Source: Balneolaceae bacterium | GTDB lineage: Bacteria; Bacteroidota; Rhodothermia; Balneolales; Balneolaceae | Length of the DNA: 32,000 nucleotides | Assembly: GCA_018401935.1 (NCBI GenBank) | Contig: JAGYJQ010000011.1 | Span: 41,840 to 73,839, forward strand | Direction: 5' to 3' | Shown here: one piece after another, positions 1-7,476 of the stretch | Layout of the letters: every line of letters begins with the position of its first letter | Numbering within the stretch: position 1 is the first letter of the stretch | Notes under the pieces: generated by a model | The model's database searches: none | What the model was told of the DNA's origin: nothing | What the model saw: the letters and a program-made list of their open reading frames with translations, nothing else | Position numbers and translations under genes: made by a program

Positions 1-260
1 ATCACAATCTGCAGATTATTGCAGGGCTTGACAAAGTGGTAGAAATTGGCTTTCCTGTATTGTTAGGTGCCTCTCGGAAATCTATGTTTGGTCAGCTGTT
101 AGACGATCGTGGAGTGGAAGGACGATTGGCAGGAACACTAGCGGCACATTATCATGGATTAATGCAGGGAGTGCGTATATTACGTGTGCATGATGTGCAA
201 GAAGCGAGTGATAGTGTACGGGTGTTTGAAGCTTTACAAGCGGCTAAACAACCAGAATAG
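1..260 (+). CDS. folP: Dihydropteroate synthase, C-terminal fragment (5-prime end outside window)
   Basis: The frame is open from the window edge to TAG at 258-260. The tail GFPVLLGASRKSMFGQLL...RILRVHDV matches conserved C-terminal DHPS motifs (GxSRKS, RVHDV). Confidence 0.85.
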   Translation, partial: HNLQIIAGLDKVVEIGFPVLLGASRKSMFGQLLDDRGVEGRLAGTLAAHYHGLMQGVRILRVHDVQEASDSVRVFEALQAAKQPE

Positions 261-357
261 AATCTTAGCTTTTGTATAGATACTTTTGGGCCACGTATTA
301 GTTGGTTAGACGAACCTAGGACACACGCTATTATAAAACGTAAATTACCCTTTTGAA

Positions 358-1173
358 TTGAATCCTCTAGGCTTTCTCGATTTTGGATTATTGGATTTTC
401 TAGAGACGCTAATTATAGCAGGAGCTTTAGTTGGTGTCTACCGTTGGATCCGTGGAACCTACGCCATTCGCGCAGGTGTGGGTATTTTATTTCTCCTGCT
501 CATCAATTTTATTATCCGATTATTTGGATTCACCACCATCGATTTTATTTTAAGCGCCATTCTTGATGTAGGTATTTTAGCTGTATTTATCATATTTCAA
601 CCAGAAATAAGAGGGCTTTTATACCGAATAGGTCAGAATCCTTCTATTCGATTATTTGGTGGTAAGTCCAGTACGGAGCAGGTTATTGATGAAGTTATAA
701 ATGCGGTTAAGCATATGTCAACTGAGTATATCGGTGCCCTTATCGTGTTTGCGCCTCCTTCTGGTGCCTTGAATTATGACAATACAGGGACGCAACTCGA
801 TTCGGTAGTAAAACAAAAATTATTGGTGAGTATCTTTAGAAAAGAATCTCCACTGCACGATGGAGCTGTTATTATCCGCAATAACCGGATTACTGCGGCA
901 GGTTGCTTCCTGTCTTTGTCCGAAAATCCTAATTTAAGTAAATCACTAGGTACTCGTCACCGAGCAGCAATTGGCATGTCCGAAAATAATAATATGTTTG
1001 TTATTGTCGTCTCAGAAGAAACCGGCCGTATATCGGTAGCTCAAAACGGTAATTTAAACAGTGGACTTAGTATCCAGCGCCTCCGTAAAGAAATGGAGAG
1101 TAGTTTTTCTTTGACTAAGTTTAAAGAAGAAGTAGCCTTTTCAGCACCGCAAACGGAAATGAATCTGAAATAA
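358..1173 (+). CDS. cdaA: Diadenylate cyclase CdaA/DacA (c-di-AMP synthase), three N-terminal TM helices plus a DAC domain
   Basis: The DAC catalytic motifs are present (HDGAVII and GTRHRAAIG). The N-terminus is hydrophobic. The folP-cdaA arrangement is common in Bacteroidota-like genomes. The start is a TTG at 358 and is uncertain. Confidence 0.88.
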   Translation: MNPLGFLDFGLLDFLETLIIAGALVGVYRWIRGTYAIRAGVGILFLLLINFIIRLFGFTTIDFILSAILDVGILAVFIIFQPEIRGLLYRIGQNPSIRLFGGKSSTEQVIDEVINAVKHMSTEYIGALIVFAPPSGALNYDNTGTQLDSVVKQKLLVSIFRKESPLHDGAVIIRNNRITAAGCFLSLSENPNLSKSLGTRHRAAIGMSENNNMFVIVVSEETGRISVAQNGNLNSGLSIQRLRKEMESSFSLTKFKEEVAFSAPQTEMNLK

Positions 1174-1205
1174 TTTGGGGCCTGCTAACCAGCAGCGGGT
1201 CGTAA

Positions 1206-2549
1206 TTACCCGGAATTGCGTTCTAAGAAATGAGTATTTCCCTGTACTCTATATAGACTTCGAGCGGTCTGAACGGTGCCTTTTCCATAGCGATTATTGA
1301 TACGATCAATGGCTTGATAACGCTGAGTATGTTCGGCTTCGTCCCGAAAAAATAGATTCATTTGACTGGTTTTATCCATGTCTTGAGTGCTTATCATTAG
1401 ACTGCGAATGGCCATTTTTCGCCGGCAAAAAGAGTCAATGAGCTCAGCTAATTCTCTCATGCACGCGTCATACACATATTTGGTTATGTGAGTAAAACTA
1501 GGAGTTACAAAGCGGAACCCTATGCTAGGATAGTCATTTTTGTCAAAACCAATATGCCCCCCAAAACTACTCGATCGTATGCCGTAGGCCCGCATTCGGT
1601 AGCAGATCATCTCGATTCCAATAGCCAATTCACCTTTAATAGCTTCTGGGTCGGTACTTCCTTCGGAAAAGGTATGCCCATAACTGACGCCCCACTTAGG
1701 TGAATATTCATGATTTTCTTCGAGTATTCGGCCTTGATCTTGGCCGGTAATCGTTTCAAAAAGCATACGCCCAAAATGGGGTCCAAATAGACGTACAAAG
1801 GTGTTGGGCTCATTGTGTTTTACCACATCTCGTATACGCTCATATCCTTCGGCTAGGAGATGTTCATAGCGCCTTCGCCCTACGCCCCATACTTCGTTGA
1901 GCGGTAAAGGGTGTATATATATTCGCTCATCTTCCTTGCTTAGAATAAGAGAAATACCGCGGGGCTTATCCAATCCGCTGGCTAGCTTAGCATAGGTTTT
2001 GGATCGAGCAACTCCAATAGAGCCATACAGTCCCGTGGTTTCCACGATGTCGCGTTGCAGTTGTTGTGCAAACGTCCGGATTTGAGGTTCTTCTTTGCCC
2101 AAAAGAAAACTTGCGTCCATAAAATACTCATCCATCGAGTAGCGCTCTATTTGGTGTGAGTAGCGATTCATAATATGATGCACCTGCGTTGATATAGCGG
2201 CATAGCTAGCGTAGTCTACCTGAAGCATGCATACGTAGGGGCATCGCTTGTAAGCCTCATAGGCACTCATTCCTGTTTTAATCCCCATCGAACGTGCTTC
2301 ATAAGAGGAGGTGGCTACAATACCTTTAACGGTTCCATTTTCTTTTCTCCAGCCACCCACAATAAGGGGGATTCCGTACATATTCTTTCGGAGTTGCTCT
2401 ACTTGCGCGTAAAAACAGGCAAAGTCGAAATGCACATATAAGCGGTCTTTTCGATGGCGATGTTGGTGTTCTGGGTATACCGTATTGTAGAGAGTAATAC
2501 GATGTACATCTTGTTCGGCTTGATATGAATAGTCATTTTTTTTTGGCAT
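1206..2549 (-). CDS. Y-family DNA polymerase (Pol IV/UmuC-like translesion polymerase) with a ~36-aa N-terminal extension
   Basis: The Y-family catalytic motifs are present: HFDFACFYAQVEQ (motif I Asp) and SMDEYFMD (the Asp-Glu of SxDEAFLD). The start is ATG at 2547-2549. Length is 447 aa. Confidence 0.85.
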   Translation of the reverse strand: MPKKNDYSYQAEQDVHRITLYNTVYPEHQHRHRKDRLYVHFDFACFYAQVEQLRKNMYGIPLIVGGWRKENGTVKGIVATSSYEARSMGIKTGMSAYEAYKRCPYVCMLQVDYASYAAISTQVHHIMNRYSHQIERYSMDEYFMDASFLLGKEEPQIRTFAQQLQRDIVETTGLYGSIGVARSKTYAKLASGLDKPRGISLILSKEDERIYIHPLPLNEVWGVGRRRYEHLLAEGYERIRDVVKHNEPNTFVRLFGPHFGRMLFETITGQDQGRILEENHEYSPKWGVSYGHTFSEGSTDPEAIKGELAIGIEMICYRMRAYGIRSSSFGGHIGFDKNDYPSIGFRFVTPSFTHITKYVYDACMRELAELIDSFCRRKMAIRSLMISTQDMDKTSQMNLFFRDEAEHTQRYQAIDRINNRYGKGTVQTARSLYRVQGNTHFLERNSG

Positions 2550-2595
2550 AAATTACTCCGCTATTGATATGTACAATATATGTGTGTAATTTAAA

Positions 2596-3258
2596 ATGAC
2601 CAAACAAATATTGGTCATGAACAACTTTCCCCTTGTAGAAATGCTCGCTTTTTTCCCCCGCTATTCAGATGTGCACACTTTTGATTGGAGGCCCCGCTAT
2701 GTACGGCAGGTACGTCATATTAGATCCTGTCACACTAAGACGCTGGGAGGGGTGCAATATTCATTTTTTAGTATTGTGACTCAACAAGGAGAAGCCATGG
2801 ATGTACGCTTTAATCATGATGAATTACTTTGGGACATAGTAGCGCTGCCTGGATCCGAGTTAGCCATCCATAGCAAAGATGGCTCTCATTTTGTTATTGA
2901 TCGAATACTGGTGCACCAACAGCGGCACAAGCATCAGCCTTCTTTGGCGCATCGTATGCGCCCTATCCGTTTTGAGTGGCTTCCTTACGCCCAGTGCGCG
3001 AGACAGAGCCCTATTGAACATGCCAAGATAGACCGCATGCATCCGTATCGTTTTTTAAAAGGAAAAAATAGTTCCTATCAGGTCTATCGGATAGAAACGC
3101 GTCACCTAGAAGATGTGATGGTCACCCGGCATTTCCATTATGTTGTTGAGGATACCGAGCGGCGGTTCTATCATGTAGTATACATATTGGATCAGGGAGA
3201 TTGGCGGTTTATACAAGAAGTAGATGAACAGTTCTTATTTCATCGGTCTAGTCCCTAA
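2596..3258 (+). CDS. Hypothetical His/Arg/aromatic-rich protein with a possible internal duplication
   Basis: A 220-aa ORF lies 46 bp from, and divergent to, the Y-family polymerase. I recognise no family motif. Two halves share F(D/E)WxP and hydrophobic-xxDxxxWxhh patterns (FDWRP...VRFNHDELLWDIV versus FEWLP...VVYILDQGDWRFI). Confidence 0.55.
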   Translation: MTKQILVMNNFPLVEMLAFFPRYSDVHTFDWRPRYVRQVRHIRSCHTKTLGGVQYSFFSIVTQQGEAMDVRFNHDELLWDIVALPGSELAIHSKDGSHFVIDRILVHQQRHKHQPSLAHRMRPIRFEWLPYAQCARQSPIEHAKIDRMHPYRFLKGKNSSYQVYRIETRHLEDVMVTRHFHYVVEDTERRFYHVVYILDQGDWRFIQEVDEQFLFHRSSP

Positions 3259-3278
3259 TAGCGGGCCAAACAGTATGA

Positions 3279-3995
3279 TTAGAATAACCGTAATTCGGGT
3301 TCGATAAGATGAGGCCCGTTGTTACGTACGTTCCCAACAGCAGGAGGAACGATATGGCTTTTAAGTCCGTCGTCGGGATAGGGGTCCAATAGGTAGTTCA
3401 AATCTTCTATATTCAATTGTGGATTTAACCAATGAGTCCATTCAGATGAATGTAAAAAGACAGGCATACGGTCATGAATGTCTTGCATGGTTGCATTGGG
3501 TCGAGTGGTCAAAATAGAAAACGAGTAAAGAGAGTCCAATGGGCTTAAGGGAGAATAAAAGCCCGCTGCAAAAAGAATAGAGTTATTGACCGCTTGTATA
3601 TAGTGAGGAGTTTTATTCCCTTTTGTGCCGGACCATTCAAAAAAACCGTTCATTGGGACAAGGCATCGCTGCGTAGATACGGATCGCCACATGGGTTTTT
3701 CGACTATCTGTTCGGACCGCGTGTTAATGGGTAGTAGGGGGCGGCTTCCTGCCTTCGGTTTCCACCCCATAAATCCCCAATGCATGGGTATCCGTATTAA
3801 TTGGGGAGTATCGGTAGCGGGTTGAAGGATAACCGGTACGATATGGCTGGGCGCTATATTATAAGAAGGTAGTGTATGAGCGGTTTTCTGCAGATGTTGT
3901 TTTCCAAAAACTCCGTCGGCTTCGTTTGGTTCCGAAGATCCAGTCAGTGTGTCTATGGTATTCAAGTCACTAAAAAGAGTGTATCGTCCGCACAT
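3279..3995 (-). CDS. yedK: SOS-response-associated peptidase (SRAP; YedK/HMCES family abasic-site processing protein)
   Basis: The protein begins MCGRYTLF, the hallmark SRAP N-terminus in which Cys2 is the catalytic nucleophile. I therefore place the start at ATG 3993-3995 rather than the upstream TTG at 4076 used by the ORF track. SRAP-like motifs follow (YNIAP, PMxxWG, FFEW). Confidence 0.9.
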   Translation of the reverse strand: MCGRYTLFSDLNTIDTLTGSSEPNEADGVFGKQHLQKTAHTLPSYNIAPSHIVPVILQPATDTPQLIRIPMHWGFMGWKPKAGSRPLLPINTRSEQIVEKPMWRSVSTQRCLVPMNGFFEWSGTKGNKTPHYIQAVNNSILFAAGFYSPLSPLDSLYSFSILTTRPNATMQDIHDRMPVFLHSSEWTHWLNPQLNIEDLNYLLDPYPDDGLKSHIVPPAVGNVRNNGPHLIEPELRLF

Positions 3996-4129
3996 AATAA
4001 CAGGAGGGTTATGATGTTTTTCTAGGATAAACTTTCGACGTCGTACCTTATAAATTATCGTTTTTATAGGGCGCAAAACCAGGGTGCAAAAAGGGCAGTA
4101 TTAACCTGAGGGAAAAGCGATGGTTACAT

Positions 4130-4798
4130 CTAATAGTAAATGCGAATAACGATTCGACGATTCGCCGCTCTGTTCTCTACAATATCTCGGCCAAATTCGT
4201 CTACATGGGGAAGTACAGGCTTGGTGTCGGCGTAGCCTGAGGCTTTTAAACGATCACTTTCCACCCCTTCACGAATAAAAAATTTAACCACTTCAGAGGC
4301 GCGGGCCACAGAAAGTTCCCAATTCGATGGAAATCGAGGGGTATTAATAGGAACATTATCGGTGTGACCTTCCACATCAACCCGAAATTGGTAATAACCT
4401 AAAACATTAAGCGCCTGGGTTACCTTGGTAATGATACGCTCACCTGAGGGGAGTAACACAGCCTCTCCAGAGTTGTAGAGAGAGCTACTGTTAAAGGATA
4501 ATACAATTCCATTTTTGTCTAATACTATCCCAACTAAGCCTTGATTACGTTCTTCAAGGAGTAGAGAGTCTAGGTCAATTTTTATTTCGGCTAAAGGAGT
4601 CTCGACTTTTTCTTTACCCGCTACATCCGAGCGCATACCTTGTTTCATCTGCTCCCAGAGGGCAATATCCGTTTGAGAAACAGCAATCAACATGGCAAAA
4701 AAGGCGAGCAACAAGGTAATCATGTCGCTATAGGTCAATAGCCACTCCTGATCCTCTTCTGCCTCGTCTAGTCCACCGTTTTGTTGTCTGCGTTTCAT
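4130..4798 (-). CDS. motB: MotB-family stator subunit: single TM with the conserved Asp, a plug-like helix, and an OmpA-like peptidoglycan-binding domain
   Basis: WLLTYSDMITLLLAFFAML carries the proton-binding Asp equivalent. The C-terminal OmpA-like domain reads VEGHTDNVPI...SNWELSVARASEVVKF...GYADTKPV. Confidence 0.85.
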   Translation of the reverse strand: MKRRQQNGGLDEAEEDQEWLLTYSDMITLLLAFFAMLIAVSQTDIALWEQMKQGMRSDVAGKEKVETPLAEIKIDLDSLLLEERNQGLVGIVLDKNGIVLSFNSSSLYNSGEAVLLPSGERIITKVTQALNVLGYYQFRVDVEGHTDNVPINTPRFPSNWELSVARASEVVKFFIREGVESDRLKASGYADTKPVLPHVDEFGRDIVENRAANRRIVIRIYY

Positions 4799-4832
4799 AC
4801 TATAGTCTAGTTAGTATCTAGGATTACAGGCT

Positions 4833-5648
4833 TTATTCAGCCTTCTGCTTTTTAAAATCTCGCTGTAAGTAGGTACTTAACTTATCCTGAATATAGAAAG
4901 AGGACTTCTTATCGTTAATCAAGATGATACCCTCAAGTAAAAAATATTCTCGGAATTTATTGATTTGAGCGGCATTTTTAATTTTCTCTGCTAACGGATA
5001 AAATACAAAGCGCGCAAAAATAATCCCGTATAGAGTAGTCATCAAGGCCGCCGCTAAACCAGGTCCCATGTTGGATGGATCATCCAGCTCGCCCAGCATG
5101 ACGATAAGTCCGAATAGCGTACCAAACATACCAAATGAAGGGGCAGCTCCACCCATGGCACGTAGAACGTCTACAATGACCATTTGGCGGAAATAGTTTT
5201 CCTCGATATGATTAGATCCAAATGTTTCTATATCGTCGCTTGAATAGTTGGTGCTGAGTAGAGAGAAAAGATATCCCGAAATTTCACCCCCATGCTCACT
5301 CTCCAATTTGTTCAACGCCCCTACACGGTCTTTTTTAATATCATCACTCCACTCAACCACAGTTTCAAAATCTTTTTGAAGTGTTTTTTTGGATGTTTTA
5401 GCTTGGCTAAACAAGTGAATAATACCGACTAATGCTTTGCCCACATACCGTGGTTGATAAGTAATTAACGAGGCTTGTAATACTCCACCTAGTACGATGA
5501 ATAAACTTGGAATATTTAAAAAAGGATTGCCGGCCAACGCGGGAATAGATTCAATAAAGGTGGTTACACCTATAGTTTCGGTGACACCAATTGCCAGCAT
5601 TCCGAAACAGAACAGTACTCCAATAACACTTCCGATTGAAATTTTCAT
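4833..5648 (-). CDS. motA: MotA/PomA-family stator subunit with 4-TM topology and a ~100-aa cytoplasmic loop
   Basis: Two N-terminal TM helices are followed by a charged loop, then TM3 (AAPSFGMFGTLFGLIVML) and TM4 (GPGLAAALMTTLYGIIFARFVFYPLAEKI). Both conserved MotA prolines are present. The gene lies directly upstream of motB. Confidence 0.85.
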   Translation of the reverse strand: MKISIGSVIGVLFCFGMLAIGVTETIGVTTFIESIPALAGNPFLNIPSLFIVLGGVLQASLITYQPRYVGKALVGIIHLFSQAKTSKKTLQKDFETVVEWSDDIKKDRVGALNKLESEHGGEISGYLFSLLSTNYSSDDIETFGSNHIEENYFRQMVIVDVLRAMGGAAPSFGMFGTLFGLIVMLGELDDPSNMGPGLAAALMTTLYGIIFARFVFYPLAEKIKNAAQINKFREYFLLEGIILINDKKSSFYIQDKLSTYLQRDFKKQKAE

Positions 5649-5651
5649 AAT

Positions 5652-6308
5652 CTATTGTCCTCCGCGGATCTCTTGAATTAAGGTTTCTAATTCAGGAATA
5701 CTTGGAATAGGAATATTTGGGTCCATTTGAACCGCTCGGTTCCAGTTAGCGCGTGCCGCCGTAATATTTTCAAGCATAAAGAAAATAGTACCTTTTAATG
5801 CATAGGCATCTGCCGTTTCCTGTACCTCAAGGGTTTTGTCAATAAACTCTAAGGATTGTCGATACTCTCCTAGGTAAAACAAATCTTGAGCTTTTCGATA
5901 ATTAGAAAGCAACGATTGAATATCTTTTGCTCGATTCTGAACCAAACTAGAGTCGATTACCATCACAGAATCTTTATCTGCTGGTCGCATCCCGCGTAAG
6001 TCCAGATAAAATTGTTCTTTTGAAGGGTCTAGTTTAATCTGAATATTTGAACTTTCATTAAGGTAGTTTACCGTAATCACTTCATTTGAAGGACTATCTT
6101 CCGTGGTGTTTGCAGAACTACGCTGGGTATTGGTATTTACCGTACGCCGATTGGCGTTCTCTAACTGGTTAGAAGAATTGCTTTGAACCGACTCAGGTGT
6201 TGCGCAACTCATGGTGAATGCAAGCTGAAAAGCTACCAATAAAGCTACTAGAGTTGTCTTAGTGCTTAGTGCAATATGCTTAGAATCGTATGACGGCATG
6301 GAATCCAA
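5652..6308 (-). CDS. Predicted lipoprotein with a Ser/Asn/Thr-rich linker and C-terminal TPR-like repeats
   Basis: A signal peptide ends in the lipobox-like AFTMSC. A low-complexity linker follows, then TPR-like helices (AQDLFYLGEYRQSLEFIDKTLE...AYALKGTIFFMLENITAARANWNRAVQMDPN). Its start overlaps the upstream gene by 20-29 nt (ATG at 6308 or 6299). Confidence 0.6.
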   Translation of the reverse strand: MDSMPSYDSKHIALSTKTTLVALLVAFQLAFTMSCATPESVQSNSSNQLENANRRTVNTNTQRSSANTTEDSPSNEVITVNYLNESSNIQIKLDPSKEQFYLDLRGMRPADKDSVMVIDSSLVQNRAKDIQSLLSNYRKAQDLFYLGEYRQSLEFIDKTLEVQETADAYALKGTIFFMLENITAARANWNRAVQMDPNIPIPSIPELETLIQEIRGGQ

Positions 6309-7473
6309 ACCCTGATTTATTATAGGTTAAGCGATCTTTATTGGACAGTTTAATAGTCTCACCCGCTAACATAAGATTACCAAATACTGAGAGACCTATA
6401 TTCTTGCTAAGATGAAATTGTAGACCAGGTTCAAGCATGAACACCTCTCCCTGTCTATTATTTCCCAATGGAAATTGCACGTTGGCCCTTGAGTAAAAGA
6501 CCACCCTATATTCATCGATATCGGGTACTTTTTCGGATATAGCTTGATGATAAATCAAACCCACATCAAACAGTGACATATCAAAAACAGTTATATCCCG
6601 GTTCGTAGAGCGTAATACATGGTAACCAGCGGTAAATCCAATGTAAGCTTTGTTTTGCAAATCCAAAGGTTGACGGTAGGAAATCGTCATGCTAAAATCG
6701 GTCATTGCTTGGCGTAAAAGGGTATCGGCTTGATGTACAAACGTATTGCCGCTACCCGTATCCGTACTATCCGAACCTACCCCTGCTCCTGCTCCTACAC
6801 CTGTAGTATCGTTTTGGATAGACCCATTGGCATATTGGTTTCTGTACCAGCTATCGGACCCTCTAGAGGTGACGCCAAAGGTAAGGATGAATTGCGATCC
6901 CTGATTTAATGTAGGTAGTACTACTGGAGGATTCGAGATGAACGACTTACTCCATACCACTTCTCTGGATTGAGGATTCATCACCCGAATCCCTATGACT
7001 AGCCCTTCGGGTTCTCTGCGTTGTAGGCTTAATTCAACAAGGCCTTGTACACCGTACTTGTAGGCAATCTCTTCAAGCATTTCTGGTGAAACATCGGCCA
7101 ATGAACGACCTTGCATATTTAAAATCTGGAGGGTAGAATCATTACCAACAATTTTCAATTTATCGTTAGGCTCTAATTCAGGTGGTGATAACACAGTAAG
7201 ACCAGCGTATTGCCGTAGTGAATACTCTATTTCAGCTCTGATGTATTCAATTTCTTCATTGGTGAAGCGTAGAGCGGAATAGTTAATTTTGTAAATAGCG
7301 ACCCGACGTACCGAAGCTGGAAAGTCACTAAGTTCAGGGTTTAAGCGCTCTTGGATTTTTTCAACCATGTAAGGATCTCCTTGATCATGGGTGAATAACT
7401 GAGCGAGTCCATTTTTTGGCAGACCTAAACTGCCTAAAAGGATCAGAGTTAAAAATATAAACGTCCGTTTCAT
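6280..7473 (-). CDS. Predicted outer-membrane protein: signal peptide, periplasmic alpha/beta domain, and C-terminal beta-barrel-like region ending in Phe
   Basis: The signal peptide is MKRTFIFLTLILLGSLGLPKNGLA. The N-terminal domain shows the pattern VAIYKINY...GVQGLVELSL...LVIGIRVMNPQSREVVWSKSF, which recalls FlgO/LpoB/CsgG-type periplasmic domains (eyeballed only). The C-terminal half has alternating hydrophobic strands and the terminal residues AVIRF typical of OM beta-barrels. Confidence 0.5.
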   Translation of the reverse strand: MKRTFIFLTLILLGSLGLPKNGLAQLFTHDQGDPYMVEKIQERLNPELSDFPASVRRVAIYKINYSALRFTNEEIEYIRAEIEYSLRQYAGLTVLSPPELEPNDKLKIVGNDSTLQILNMQGRSLADVSPEMLEEIAYKYGVQGLVELSLQRREPEGLVIGIRVMNPQSREVVWSKSFISNPPVVLPTLNQGSQFILTFGVTSRGSDSWYRNQYANGSIQNDTTGVGAGAGVGSDSTDTGSGNTFVHQADTLLRQAMTDFSMTISYRQPLDLQNKAYIGFTAGYHVLRSTNRDITVFDMSLFDVGLIYHQAISEKVPDIDEYRVVFYSRANVQFPLGNNRQGEVFMLEPGLQFHLSKNIGLSVFGNLMLAGETIKLSNKDRLTYNKSGFGFHAVIRF

Positions 7474-7476
7474 TAC

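Noticed and set aside
4130-5648. The MotA/MotB pair might instead be a Zorya (ZorAB) anti-phage module or an ExbBD/TolQR energiser.
   Set aside because: - ZorA proteins are much longer and carry a long C-terminal tail, and they come with ZorC/D or ZorE. None of these is present.
- ExbB/TolQ have three TM helices, and ExbD/TolR lack an OmpA-like domain.
- Here the A subunit has 4 TM helices and a large cytoplasmic loop, and the B subunit has a peptidoglycan-binding OmpA-like domain.
- A FliG-like partner is encoded in the same operon.
6750-6810. Short tandem-looking cctgctcctgctcc repeats.
   Set aside because: They encode the in-frame Gly/Ala/Val-rich loop (GVGAGAGVG) of the 397-aa protein. 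This is ordinary low-complexity coding sequence, not a repeat element or a CRISPR array.
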